Positions 10,956-21,779 of a stretch of 64,000 nt of DNA are shown here, piece by piece (within the stretch, counting starts at the first letter, position 1; every line of letters starts with the position of its first letter). Position numbers and translations under genes: made by a program. The notes beneath the pieces were generated by a model. It worked only from the letters and a program-made list of their open reading frames with translations, made no database searches and was not told the origin of the DNA. Source of the stretch: Neovahlkampfia damariscottae (taxonomy: Eukaryota); NCBI GenBank assembly GCA_016618085.1, contig JABLTG010000111.1, positions 1-64,000 of the forward strand. The letters are read 5' to 3'.

Positions 10956-13334
10956 TTAGAGTTCTAAAATTTCATCTAATAAGATCATTGAATCTTTAAC
11001 TGAAACGATATTCATTCTTGTTAGTAAGGACATATCTATACGCTTGAGTCTTTGAATAGTAGACATTCCATTGTTGACAAAATTGTCCTTATATTGCATC
11101 ATATTAATATCAGATAACCAATTTTCAACGTTGAATATTTCAATCATTTCTTCTTTCTCAATGTTAACCATAGTTTCAGTATCAGTGCTCACTTCTTCTT
11201 TTTCAATGTTAACCATAGTTTCAATTTGCTCTTGGAGGTTTGATACAATATTCATTGCATCATTCAATCTAATATCGACCGAATTTTTCATTTGTTCTCC
11301 TGTGAGTTTAACAACATTCTTTCCAGTTAATTGTGATCTCAAGAAACCTAAAAGAACTATTTCGTCATACTTTTTCTCATGGAGCCAACATAAAAGATCT
11401 AAATTTCTCCAGTCTTCAATTGATTTGGAATCATCAAAGACTTGATTTGATAAAGTTAAATTTAGAATTGTTGATTCGATTTTTAAAATTTCCATCGGTT
11501 CCAATTCATAACTAGTGAAATTAAAATGCATTAATCTATTTCCATTCATTTCGTTTTTTTGAAATTTGTCAATAACTTTTTTTGAAAAATCATGATAACG
11601 CATCCATTCACAAACAGTACTAGTTGACCAATCTGAGATATCTTCCTTGAGAAATTTGAATTCATGAAGTGTTAGATTGTTCATTTTTTCTTTTACAACA
11701 TCAATTAAAGTACCAATTGGGAGTTGCAACAGGTAAACAATCATGGAAAGAATAGCACCAGCAATAGCTACAATGATTCCAATAAAAGGAAATTCAGGCA
11801 TGAAAACAACACAACAAACAGAGCAGAAAAATGATAATGTTAAAATAATCATATGAGGTGATTGTTTTCCAATAGATTTCAAACAAATTGAAAGAAAGAG
11901 TGATGGTGTCAATTTTACTCCATTTTTTGAATGATTGTATAGTTCTAAAAATATATCAAAACATGCAATGATTAAATGAAAAATAGCAAGCACTGGTTCA
12001 ATGAATAACCCACCAAATCTAAAAATAATAGAGGAGGATCCTTTTAGAGTGATATTGCATAATTTCAAAACCCATGGAGCAGCCTTTCCAATTGCAGAAA
12101 TAACAGAACCTAAATTGAGACCTGTATATTTGGTGAGGTTAATTGCAATAGTTTCAATTTGCAAAGTAGAAAGTTTTCCTGTGCAAAAATATGTAGCAAG
12201 ACTTTCACAATTGATTATCATTCCATAATCGAATACAACTTTATGAAGATAGAATTCTTGAGTTCTTTTCAAAGTGTTTTTAGGGTCATAAAGACCAGTG
12301 TTTTGTCTCATATAAATTCCATTGCTTTCTTGAATGAATTCATCAAGAGTTGTATGTTGAAGAGTTGAGTCATAAGCATCAATCCCAGTTAAATGAAATA
12401 CCCAATTGAAATATTTGTGTGTCAATTGTTCAAATTCAAGTTCATCTCCCACCATTCCTATTTTAAAATGATACCCATCTTCAAGATTAACCCGCTTAAT
12501 TAGGTCATCACCATTGACTCTAATTTTGATCACTATAGTACCTGTTTCTTTTTTTGGTGATCTGAAAACGAAAGCTTTTTTTCTTTGAACATTTGAATAT
12601 ATTTCTTTTCCATTTATTGAAATACTGATTGGATGTTCTTTTGAGGCAGGAAGTGAATTGGTATGAAAAGTGATTTCATTTTCACTTTTTTCAAATTTTT
12701 TTGAAGAGTAAATACCAAAATGTGAATATACTGCAATTAACCTTTTTGCATATATTACCATTCCAGATTTCAAATCAGCTTTGTTCGTTTCTGTGACAAG
12801 TGAATCCACTCCTTTGACAAGAATAGAATCTAAAGTTGAAACTTTGGAATCATATGATTCACTTTCCAAGTTTTCTTTCAACACACCGATAGCCAACTGA
12901 TACAAAGTGTTTGAAGTTTCTCCAGTTGAAACAGAGCTCTTAGTATCTTTTGAAGTACAAAAAATTCTTGTGAGAATATTTGGTTTTGGATTTTCTTCTT
13001 CAGCTTGATAGAATGCAATGTATCGAGCATTTTTAATTTCATAGCAACCAAAAACTTCATACATTTTTTCTTTTTGTTTGATTTTTCCGACAAATAAATA
13101 AACGTCTTGATCTATATATTCAGTTTGAAGATATTTAGTTTTTATGACAGAGATTTCGTCATTTTCTTTACATTTTCCCAATTTGAATCTTGTTTCTGAA
13201 TCCACATGAAAATCAGTCTCTTTGATAACTTGGTACTTTTGAAGGAAAATAGGAAATAAGCCATTCTTCTTCTTTAGTTTTTCAAGAACTGTAGCAGCTG
13301 GATCTGTTGTAAACCACCCCTTTAACTGTAACAT
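10956..13334 (-). CDS. LRAT-like (permuted NlpC/P60) domain protein with TM segments and SAM domains
   Basis: Motifs YSHFGIY, VFH and NCESLATYFCTG, a hydrophobic block, and SAM-like repeats (WSTSTVCEWM, WRNLDLLCWL, VENWLSDINMMQYKDNF). Confidence 0.75.
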   Translation of the reverse strand: MLQLKGWFTTDPAATVLEKLKKKNGLFPIFLQKYQVIKETDFHVDSETRFKLGKCKENDEISVIKTKYLQTEYIDQDVYLFVGKIKQKEKMYEVFGCYEIKNARYIAFYQAEEENPKPNILTRIFCTSKDTKSSVSTGETSNTLYQLAIGVLKENLESESYDSKVSTLDSILVKGVDSLVTETNKADLKSGMVIYAKRLIAVYSHFGIYSSKKFEKSENEITFHTNSLPASKEHPISISINGKEIYSNVQRKKAFVFRSPKKETGTIVIKIRVNGDDLIKRVNLEDGYHFKIGMVGDELEFEQLTHKYFNWVFHLTGIDAYDSTLQHTTLDEFIQESNGIYMRQNTGLYDPKNTLKRTQEFYLHKVVFDYGMIINCESLATYFCTGKLSTLQIETIAINLTKYTGLNLGSVISAIGKAAPWVLKLCNITLKGSSSIIFRFGGLFIEPVLAIFHLIIACFDIFLELYNHSKNGVKLTPSLFLSICLKSIGKQSPHMIILTLSFFCSVCCVVFMPEFPFIGIIVAIAGAILSMIVYLLQLPIGTLIDVVKEKMNNLTLHEFKFLKEDISDWSTSTVCEWMRYHDFSKKVIDKFQKNEMNGNRLMHFNFTSYELEPMEILKIESTILNLTLSNQVFDDSKSIEDWRNLDLLCWLHEKKYDEIVLLGFLRSQLTGKNVVKLTGEQMKNSVDIRLNDAMNIVSNLQEQIETMVNIEKEEVSTDTETMVNIEKEEMIEIFNVENWLSDINMMQYKDNFVNNGMSTIQRLKRIDMSLLTRMNIVSVKDSMILLDEILEL

Positions 13335-13961
13335 TAATTAATGTTTTGAATCTTGAAAAAATCTGGTCTATTAAAAGAACCAATGTCCAATCATATTTCT
13401 CTTTTTCATTCCAATCATTCATTTTGGAAGACAAAATAACTGTTTTTAACTTTCTAAAACTCAAGAATTTCAATTTTTCAAAACAGGAAATTGTTAAGAA
13501 ATGCAAGTTATTAGAGAAGAAAGCTAATGTTATAAACTGATGCTCTATGATTTGGACCTTTGAACGAATTAACTTCAACACAATAGTCCAATAAGTCAAT
13601 CTCTTGCTTCTTTATCAAGATTAATGAGCAATGGTATCAAACACTTCTTGGAATTATTTTAAAAAATATTCAATTGATATTGGCAAGATTTGAAGAATTT
13701 TCAAATTTTTTTTCTTTTTGTCAAATAAATCTTTTTTTTTCTCTGATGAAAATTCGTTTCTGAAAAGTTTTGATTCGTAAATTCATGAAATATTTCAAAT
13801 CTAAAACTTATGTGGCATAGTTGATCATGAAATATCCATTAACTGAATTGTAACCAATATTTTATCATTTCAACTGTAAATAATTAAAGAAGAACATGAA
13901 TTGTTGGAGGTGTTGCCTTGTGTTAATAAAACACTCCGAAGTTGTTGAGGAAAAACAACCA

Positions 13962-14685
13962 ATGAATTTGCGTTATTCAATAATTCTCAAAGACAACCAA
14001 GTTGAAGGTGAGTTTCCAAATGATAAACCAAAACTTACTGACACAATTGTAAATACAATTTTACCAAAAGTTTCAGCTGAAAATCATCGTCAAACTTTGA
14101 CACAAAAAAATGTGATGATTTGTTATGTTAGAAACGAGAACGTTACAATTTTTTGTATTTCCAATATTGATACACCAAAAAGATTATGTTGGAATTTTAT
14201 TGAAGAAGTTGAAAAAGGTAAAAAATATGATTGTTTTTTAACAACATTTAGAGTTTCAATTCTTGAAAAGAAATTCATCGACAGCAAAAGTTGAAAAAAT
14301 GCTTGAAACAATATTTACCAAATATAATGATCCAAAGAATGATAACATTGAACATTTAAATGAAAAAATAGAAACCGTCAAAGTAACTGAAAAAAAAACA
14401 TTTACAAACAAATAGTTGACAATGATTGACAACATTGAAAGTATAATGGAAAGAGAAATCATGTTGGAAGAAATAGAAAATGATACAAGTTTACTTCTGC
14501 ATGAAGCAGATCAATTCCGTGTTGGATCAAAAAAACTCAAGAATCAAACCTTTGGAAAATTAATATTTTTGCTAGTCATTTTATTTTTCACTATTTTAGC
14601 AATTATCATTGGAATTGTATTTGTAGCATGCGGATTTCCTTCATTTAGTAGATGTGGTGGTGATTTAATAAAACCATTGAGTTAA
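13962..14685 (+). CDS. VAMP7-like longin R-SNARE
   Basis: Longin-like N-terminus, SNARE motif MIDNIESIMERE and C-terminal TM helix. Introns near 14218-14252 and 14383-14415. Confidence 0.8.
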
Positions 14686-14896
14686 AAAAGATTTTTTATC
14701 TCAGTTTTGTTGAAAAAACATGAATTTCATTCGCAAATATGTTTAGGTATAACTATTTTCTGTTGAAACTCCTTTATCATCATGATCAAATTCATCTCTC
14801 AAATTTGGAATAAAAGAAGTTTTGTCACCAATAAAATCTAAGATTTTTTTGTTGTTTCTTTTTCAACAGGTTGGTGAGGGAAAGTATTGTTTGGTG

Positions 14897-16765
14897 ATGG
14901 ATAAAGAAAAAAAACTGAACACAGAAAAACAGCTTAATGATAGAATATCACAACTTGAATCCAGTTTCAAAAACAATCAGTTTATTTTTCAAGACGATAA
15001 ATCTTTTTTTTTGAAGAAGATTTCTGAAACACCAACTCTTCTTCAATATGCCTCTGAAAAATTGAAAAATGATAAAGAAATTGTTTGGAAAGCAGTTTCT
15101 AAAAAAAGTTATACAATTCAATACGCATCTGAGCAATTAAAAAAAGACAAACAAATAGCTGCTTGTGCTGTTTTAAGAGGATACAGTTGTTATTTTATTT
15201 CTGATGAACTGAAAAAAGACGAAAGTTTCATTTTCAAAGTCATGAAATCTTTTAGACCATCAGTTAACGCATTTGAACATGCAAATGAAGATACAAAAAA
15301 AAATAGAGAATTCATTTTAAAGATAATTTCAAAAAATGGTTTTGTGTTGAAATATGTTTCAGAAGAAATGAAAAATGATAAGGAGATTGTTTTATTATCA
15401 GTAAAACAGAATGGCCGTCATTTCTATTGGGCTTCTGATGAATTGAAGAATGATAAAGAATTTGTATTGAAAATTGTATCACAATCAAGTTGCACTTTGG
15501 AATACTGCTCTGAAGAGTTAAAAAAAAACAGAGAAGTGGTTTTTAATGCTGTGAAAAAAGATGGTTTGTCTCTTCAGTTCGCATCAAAAGAATTGAAAGA
15601 TGATAGGAATATCGTATTGGAAGCTGTGAATCAAAATGGTCAAGCTCTTTCAAGTGCTTCTGAAAATTGTAGAAAAGACAAAGAAATTGTTTTAATAGCA
15701 GTGTCTACATATGGAAGATCACTTCGTTTTGCTAGTATGGAATTAAAAAACGATAAACAAGTTGTAAAAAGTGCTGTTTTAAATGACAGTTCTGCACTAT
15801 CTTATTCTAGTAAAAAGTTGAAAAATGATAAAGAGTTCATTTTAGAAATAATCAAAGGAGGTAATATTGATCTTGAATTTGTTTCAATACAATTAAAAGA
15901 AGATGAAGAAGTATTGATGAAATCAGTTTCTCAAAATGCTTACTCACTTCAACATGTATCCTCTGACTTTTTTCGAAATACTAAATTATTTTTCAATGCA
16001 TTTAGAAATCAAAGTAAATTCAAATTGGAATATAAAGGGATAAAGAAAAATGAAAAAGAAGATTGTGAGATGATTTATTCTTATTTGGTTTTTATTCAAA
16101 AGAAATATGAAAATATGAAAAATTTTGTTCAATATTTAAGAAGATGGAGATTCAAATTGCAGGATATTGTAGATTATGAGTTTGTGTTTTTCGACAAATG
16201 TAATTTGTTCATCATGGGAAATCCAAAAAAAATCAAATTTGATCATTTCAAAAACGATACTCAAAATATCATTTGGGAAAAATTGGATATTGAAAATATT
16301 CCTGTTGAAATTTGTCAATTCAAAAATCTAACAAATATTCAAATTACAAATTGCAACATCAGGATGATACCAATGGAAATTTCCAATTTGATCAATTTAG
16401 AAAAACTTAATTTGAGTCATAACCAAATTGTTGAAATTCCTCCAAACATTTGTAATTTGAAAGAATTGAATCATTTGGATTTATCACATAATCAAATTCG
16501 ACGTCTCAATGAATCAATTTTTGAATTAACAAATTTGAAAGAATTGAATTTTGAAGACAATTTGATAAGGGAAATATCTACAAGCATTTTGAAATTGGAA
16601 AAATTGAGTTTTTTGAATATATCAAAAAATAAGATTTGGAAACCAATTGATGATATTCAAGAGTATATGTATAATGTTCCAATTGCACATTTTGATTTTG
16701 AGGGAGATAAATCGTTGATCAACTTTAAAGATGTCACAGAATTATGCAACATTAGGTTTTTTTAA
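14897..16765 (+). CDS. DUF4116-type repeat protein with C-terminal leucine-rich repeats
   Basis: Many ~25-aa repeats of the form L.YAS.ELKNDKEIV..AV.QNG, followed by LxxLNLSHNQI LRRs. Confidence 0.85.
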   Translation: MDKEKKLNTEKQLNDRISQLESSFKNNQFIFQDDKSFFLKKISETPTLLQYASEKLKNDKEIVWKAVSKKSYTIQYASEQLKKDKQIAACAVLRGYSCYFISDELKKDESFIFKVMKSFRPSVNAFEHANEDTKKNREFILKIISKNGFVLKYVSEEMKNDKEIVLLSVKQNGRHFYWASDELKNDKEFVLKIVSQSSCTLEYCSEELKKNREVVFNAVKKDGLSLQFASKELKDDRNIVLEAVNQNGQALSSASENCRKDKEIVLIAVSTYGRSLRFASMELKNDKQVVKSAVLNDSSALSYSSKKLKNDKEFILEIIKGGNIDLEFVSIQLKEDEEVLMKSVSQNAYSLQHVSSDFFRNTKLFFNAFRNQSKFKLEYKGIKKNEKEDCEMIYSYLVFIQKKYENMKNFVQYLRRWRFKLQDIVDYEFVFFDKCNLFIMGNPKKIKFDHFKNDTQNIIWEKLDIENIPVEICQFKNLTNIQITNCNIRMIPMEISNLINLEKLNLSHNQIVEIPPNICNLKELNHLDLSHNQIRRLNESIFELTNLKELNFEDNLIREISTSILKLEKLSFLNISKNKIWKPIDDIQEYMYNVPIAHFDFEGDKSLINFKDVTELCNIRFF

Positions 16766-16961
16766 TCTCCAAAGATTGACCAACAAATATTCTTGAAATA
16801 AAAATTCCTTCAGAAGTTAGTGGTGCAATGAAAAATTAACTCCCAAAACTACAAACTTGGAAATATAGAATTTATCAAATTCGAACAGCAAATGATGATG
16901 TTGAAGAATTTGTTCAAATATGTCTCTAGTTACTGTAAAAGAAAATTGATTCGAATTTCAT

Positions 16962-17679
16962 TTATTCAAATTCTTCCTTTAGCAATCCATAGATACATAA
17001 ATCATGAAATTTTTCATTGAAATAAACATGTCTTCTCAAAGTTCCTTCTTTCACAAAACCTAATTTTCGTGCTAAACTTATACTTGCAATGTTTCCTTCT
17101 GGTATTTCCAAAACTATCCGTTGGTAATCTAAAAACTCAAAAATGTATTCAACTACACATTTTTGGGAAAAGTTAAAACAAACACGATCAAATACTCATC
17201 GATTTTAAACTGTTATACATGATTCCTTTTTGTTGATATTCTGGAATTAACCAATAACCAAGTTCTTCAGAACTTTCAAAAAAAAAGAAAAATTACCACA
17301 TCGAAACTCTTTTTGAAAGTCTCTATTTATACCTATACAACCACATAATTTACTATTATACCATATTCCTTTCAAAAAAAGAAGTTATTTTTTTGGATAA
17401 TATTGTTGAGTACCTACTTTCAAGTTGGTTTTTGATTTTTCAAAACTCATTTCAGAAAAGAGTATAAAATTTTTAACATTTTGTAAATTTGATGCTTGTT
17501 CTAAATCAGGCACCCATTTTAATAAACTTTCTCTTTTAACACAAAATGTTAAAAAAACTTTAGTACTTGTTATCATTTATAATGTTATAAAAATCTTCAG
17601 CGTCTTCCATTTGTAATATTTTTAATTTAATATTTTCATTTAAAATTTTCTCAAAACCAACTTTTTTTTCACTGCTCAT
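16962..17679 (-). CDS. RimL/RimJ-type GNAT N-acetyltransferase (five exons, missed by ORF track)
   Basis: Spliced translation MSSEKK...KESLLKWVP...GIWYNSKLCGCIGI...ELGYWLIPEYQQKGIM...GNIASISLARKLGFVKEGTLRRH...HDLCIYGLLKEEFE*. Four GT-AG micro-introns keep the frame. Confidence 0.85.
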
Positions 17680-17726
17680 CAACCAATAAAAACAACCAAC
17701 CAATCATTTCTTCATACAGTTCAATT

Positions 17727-19478
17727 ATGTCGAAAAAGGATGATTTGAGCATGTTTTCTTCATCATTAGGAAAACAATTTTCATCTACAAAAAGAAACAC
17801 AAAAACATATAAAAAAGAAAAAACAAAAGACAATGAGTTTTCTTCAGGTATTAATAATTTCATCACATCAAAAAAAAATGAAAAAGAAAAAAATGTAGGA
17901 AAAAAAGAAGAAGTAAATAAAGGGGAAGAAATGATAGAAAAACAACAATATAACTTTTTAAATGATGATTTTGTTGATGAAACAATTTCTGTAGATGATA
18001 TTCCAATTACACAAGAAGTAGAACTTAAACACCATCAAAAATCAGTTACAGCACTTGACATTGACCGTAGTGGAACTAGATTAATCACAGGTTCTCCTGA
18101 TTCAACAGTATTACTTTGGGATTTTCCTATTATGGACAGAAACTTCGCTTTCTTCAGAGAAATAACAGAAGCATTTGGTAATGTAATCATCAATGACTTG
18201 AAATTCAATAAACAAGGTACTCTTTTCGTGGCTGTACCAAATTCCAACGAACCGAGACTTTATGAAAGAGATGGTGCTTGTAAAGGAGCTTTTAACGTCG
18301 GAGATCCATATTTATCAGATATGAATAAAACACAAGGTCATACAGCACCTACTACAGGTGTCTCTTGGCATCCTTTCCAACCAAAACTTTTTGCAACTTG
18401 TAGTCAAGATTCAACCATTAGAATTTGGGAGACAGAAGAAATCAAAAAGAAACAAAAATATATCATCAAAGCAAAGAATGAAAAGGGTACAAAAGTTGGT
18501 ATTACAACTTGTGAATATGATCAATATGGTAGATACATCGCAGCAGGTTGCCAAGATGGATCAATTCAAATTTGGAATGAAAGTGGTCCTTATCATGTTC
18601 CTCATTTATTGAAAAGAAATGCTCATGGAATGGATCAAGAAATAACAAGTATAAAATTTTCTCAAGATGATCATTCACTCATTAGTCGATCTATGGACAA
18701 TACAATGAAGTTTTGGGACATAAGAAAATTTGAAAGTCCATTGGCTGAATATAAAAATTTAGAAACATTGTTCTCTCAAACTGATTGTTTATTCAGTCCA
18801 GATGAAAAATACTTTTTAACAGGTACTTCGATAAAAAAGAATACTGGAGCAGGAGAACTCGTATTTGTTGATAAGAAAACCCTGAAAGTTGCCAAGAAAC
18901 AAAAAATTTCAAATGGTTCTGCAATTCGAATCAAATGGCACCCAATAACAAATCAATTATTTGTTGGTTCTTCTGATTATAATGTTCATTGTTTATATGA
19001 TAAATCAATGAGTAACAAAGGAATCCTCTCAGCACTAGCAAAAGAAAAACGTAAAAGAGGAGTTGAAGAAGAACAAATCCAACCAGGTCAAATCTTTGTT
19101 CCAAATGCATTGCCAATGTTTCAACCAAAAATGGATGAGAAATTGATTGAATATAAAACCAGAAAAGATAAAGTCAAAAGTAAAATTCCAGAAAAACCTG
19201 ATACCCAAATTGGATCTGGATTCAAAGGTCAAGTTGGTATTTCTCAAACTCAATATTTATTGAAACAACTTGGAGTTACAAATAAATTTGATGGAACAGA
19301 TGCAAGAGATGCATTTTTGAAACATGCTAAAGAAGCAGAAGAAAATCCTCAATATGTCGACACTGCATATAAAAAAACTCAACCTGTTAAATATTTTGAT
19401 GTGAGTCATTTGGCTAATGAAGAAGCTCAAGAAGAAGATATTGAAGAGAGATTTTCAAAAAAGCAAAAAAAAGAATAA
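17727..19478 (+). CDS. WDR70: WD repeat protein 70 (Gad1-like)
   Basis: WD40 repeats with GDPYLSDMNKTQGH, PNALPMF and DARDAFLKHAKEAEENPQYVDTAYKKTQP. Confidence 0.88.
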   Translation: MSKKDDLSMFSSSLGKQFSSTKRNTKTYKKEKTKDNEFSSGINNFITSKKNEKEKNVGKKEEVNKGEEMIEKQQYNFLNDDFVDETISVDDIPITQEVELKHHQKSVTALDIDRSGTRLITGSPDSTVLLWDFPIMDRNFAFFREITEAFGNVIINDLKFNKQGTLFVAVPNSNEPRLYERDGACKGAFNVGDPYLSDMNKTQGHTAPTTGVSWHPFQPKLFATCSQDSTIRIWETEEIKKKQKYIIKAKNEKGTKVGITTCEYDQYGRYIAAGCQDGSIQIWNESGPYHVPHLLKRNAHGMDQEITSIKFSQDDHSLISRSMDNTMKFWDIRKFESPLAEYKNLETLFSQTDCLFSPDEKYFLTGTSIKKNTGAGELVFVDKKTLKVAKKQKISNGSAIRIKWHPITNQLFVGSSDYNVHCLYDKSMSNKGILSALAKEKRKRGVEEEQIQPGQIFVPNALPMFQPKMDEKLIEYKTRKDKVKSKIPEKPDTQIGSGFKGQVGISQTQYLLKQLGVTNKFDGTDARDAFLKHAKEAEENPQYVDTAYKKTQPVKYFDVSHLANEEAQEEDIEERFSKKQKKE

Positions 19479-19639
19479 AATGTTAATTGGTCAATTACTT
19501 TTCAAAACAGGTTAATTCACCTCTTTGCCTTTGCCTGAAAGTATTGGTGGAAGAGATAAAAGAAATGGAAAAACAATACAAATATTATGAATTTGAATTT
19601 AGAGTAAAAATAATAAATAATAACATTATAAGTATATAA

Positions 19640-20040
19640 TGAAGATAGTTCGTCAAAGTTTTGCTTTAGAAGAAATGGTTCAACATTACTAATGGAAAAT
19701 TGAAAACTTTGAAGCTCCTACCAAAGGATGGATTGAAACATTTTTGACAAGACATAACTTAAAAGCCATTGCTAAAACACCACTCAATCGAAAGAGATTT
19801 GAAAATGGGAACACCACAGCCATCAAAGGTTGGTTTCTGAAAACTGATCCAAATGACAAAAAAAAAAAAATTCCTTCTTGAACAATATTTAATGCTGACG
19901 AAACTATGGTTGCATGGAAGGACAAGTTTAAAGTAATATGTTCTCGTGGAACAAAACAAGCTATTGTTGCAATAGATAAAAATAATGAACATGTTACATT
20001 TATGGTGACAATTTCTGTCCATACGCTATTTTTCATTTAA
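19640..20040 (+). mobile_element. Degenerate pogo/Tigger-like (Tc5 HTH + DDE_1) transposase fragment
   Basis: Manual translation FEAPTKGWIETFLTRHNL...PS*TIFNADETMV...NEHVTFMVTISV, with an internal stop and truncation. Confidence 0.75.
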
Positions 20041-20336
20041 AAACTATTTCAGGAATACTTGACCAATTTTTACAAGAAAAGACTTTGACAGTTGGTGGAC
20101 AAGCTATTATCATTAATGAAAGAGCTAAGGAAATAAATCAGTGTTGTGTAGATTTTATCAGGATATTTTGTAAGAATAAAAAATCAACCAATCATAGACT
20201 TAGAATTGATAAAACCTGAAGCTTGAAAATATAACAAATGTTAGTTTTTGTTAAACTTTTGATTTTTTTAAACCTTTTTTTCTCTTAGCAACAGCAAGTT
20301 ATATGTTTAAAAATACAATAATTTTTATTTTATTTT

Positions 20337-20381
20337 CCAATCACGAACACCATAAAATATTTTTATGGTGTTCATGATTGG
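20337..20381. repeat. Near-perfect inverted repeat with 21-bp arms and CCAAT boxes at both ends
   Basis: CCAATCACGAACACCATAAAA-TAT-TTTTATGGTGTTCATGATTGG, one mismatch. Confidence 0.9.
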
Positions 20382-20402
20382 TCTGTTTATTCAAACAAAT
20401 TG

Positions 20403-21397
20403 ATGGTCAAAAGAAAACAACAAGAAACTACAAACCCAAGAAAAAAGAAAAAAATTGATACAACTCTGGAAGTTGAACCTATTTCAAGTTCTAAAGCTTA
20501 CGCAAAACCAACCGTTGATTTTACTTTCAAAAAACTTTTTGGAAATGAACATAACAAAGCATTAACAATTAATTTCCTTAATAATATCTTCGGATTTGAA
20601 AGTTATGAAGTGATTAAAGAGATTTCATTTGAAAACACATTTCATAAAAGACAAAAGGAAGAAAAAATGAGTATTTTGGATGTATTTTGCACTGATACAA
20701 AAGGAAGACAATTTATAATAGAAGTTCAACAACAAAAACTTGTAGCATTTGAAAAAAGAGTTCAATATTATGCACATAATGTTCATTCAAGTCAACTTTC
20801 AACAAACGCGGATTATTCAGATATCGTGCTGTATATACACTTGTTATTTGTGACTTTAAAGTTTTTCCTTCGGAAGTGCCATGTATTAGTCACCATGTTA
20901 TGATGGAAAAAGATACAAAAAAAATCTTTTTAAAAGAAACACAATATACTTTTATCGAATTACCAAAATTTCAACATCAAAAAAATGAAAAATTAGTTTT
21001 AAAAGATCAATGGATTTATATGCTCAAGAATTATCAACAGGGTCCTCCTGAAAACGCAGAAAAACTTATCAATGACGCGTTTACAATTTTAGAAATGGAA
21101 AAATGGACAAAAGAAGAAATTCAAAAGTACCAAAAACAATTGAAAGAAAATGAAGAATTTCAATCAAAATTAGAAGAAGCTGAAGAAAAAGGAAAAAAGA
21201 AGGAATTGCAATTGGTGAAAAGGTGAAAAAAAGGAAAAAAGAAGTAAAAGAAGAAATGGCTATTGGTATGATTAAAAATGATATGAAGCCAATGGATGTA
21301 AATGAAGTATTCTAAATTATCAAAAAAAAAGATTAAAGAGTTATACTTGAAACATTCAGAATTACCAGAAAAAGAAATCGAAGAATTGTTTAAATAA
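20403..21397 (+). pseudogene. Rpn/YhgA-like PD-(D/E)xK nuclease (PDDEXK_2), frameshifted
   Basis: Motifs PTVDFTFKKLFG, ILDVFCTD..GRQFIIEVQ, FEKRVQYY, FIELPKF, DQWIY and an EEKGKKEG tail. Intronless. Frameshifts near 20828 and at 21195-21305. Confidence 0.85.
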
Positions 21398-21469
21398 ATT
21401 ATTTGTTTCTTTCTGGACATTGTTTGTATAATTATTTGTTATCAAGTAATTTTGATTTTATCTTTTTGT

Positions 21470-21590
21470 TATATTCAAGGTTTTTTGTTAACCTTCCAAT
21501 TTTGTTTTTAATTTTTTTTTATTTGTTTATTTCTATTTTTGGAAAAATTTTTTTTGAAAATTGGAAGGTTAACTAAAAACCTTGAATATA
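21470..21590. repeat. 34-bp inverted repeat pair, MITE-like, 121 bp overall
   Basis: TATATTCAAGGTTTTTTGTTAACCTTCCAATTTT (21470-21503) pairs with AAAATTGGAAGGTTAACTAAAAACCTTGAATATA (21557-21590), one mismatch. Outermost dinucleotides are TA. Confidence 0.85.
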
Positions 21591-21779
21591 TTTATTTTAC
21601 TTGAGTAACTTAGAAACTTATTGCAAAGATAAAATAATTATGTAAACTAATAGTATGTATTCTAAAATATATGCAATCTTAATCCCTTAGCCAAATAAGG
21701 ACGCAATGAACAACAATATAGAAGATTTAAAAATTAATCATTCATTATAAATTATTATAATGAAATTCAATAAAATATT

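Noticed and set aside
11140..11225. Direct repeat encoding ETMVNIEKEE twice
   Set aside because: A simple in-frame internal duplication in a linker.
14897..15960. CRISPR-like or DNA tandem array
   Set aside because: The repeats are degenerate protein-level DUF4116-type units. No repeat-spacer array was seen anywhere in the window.
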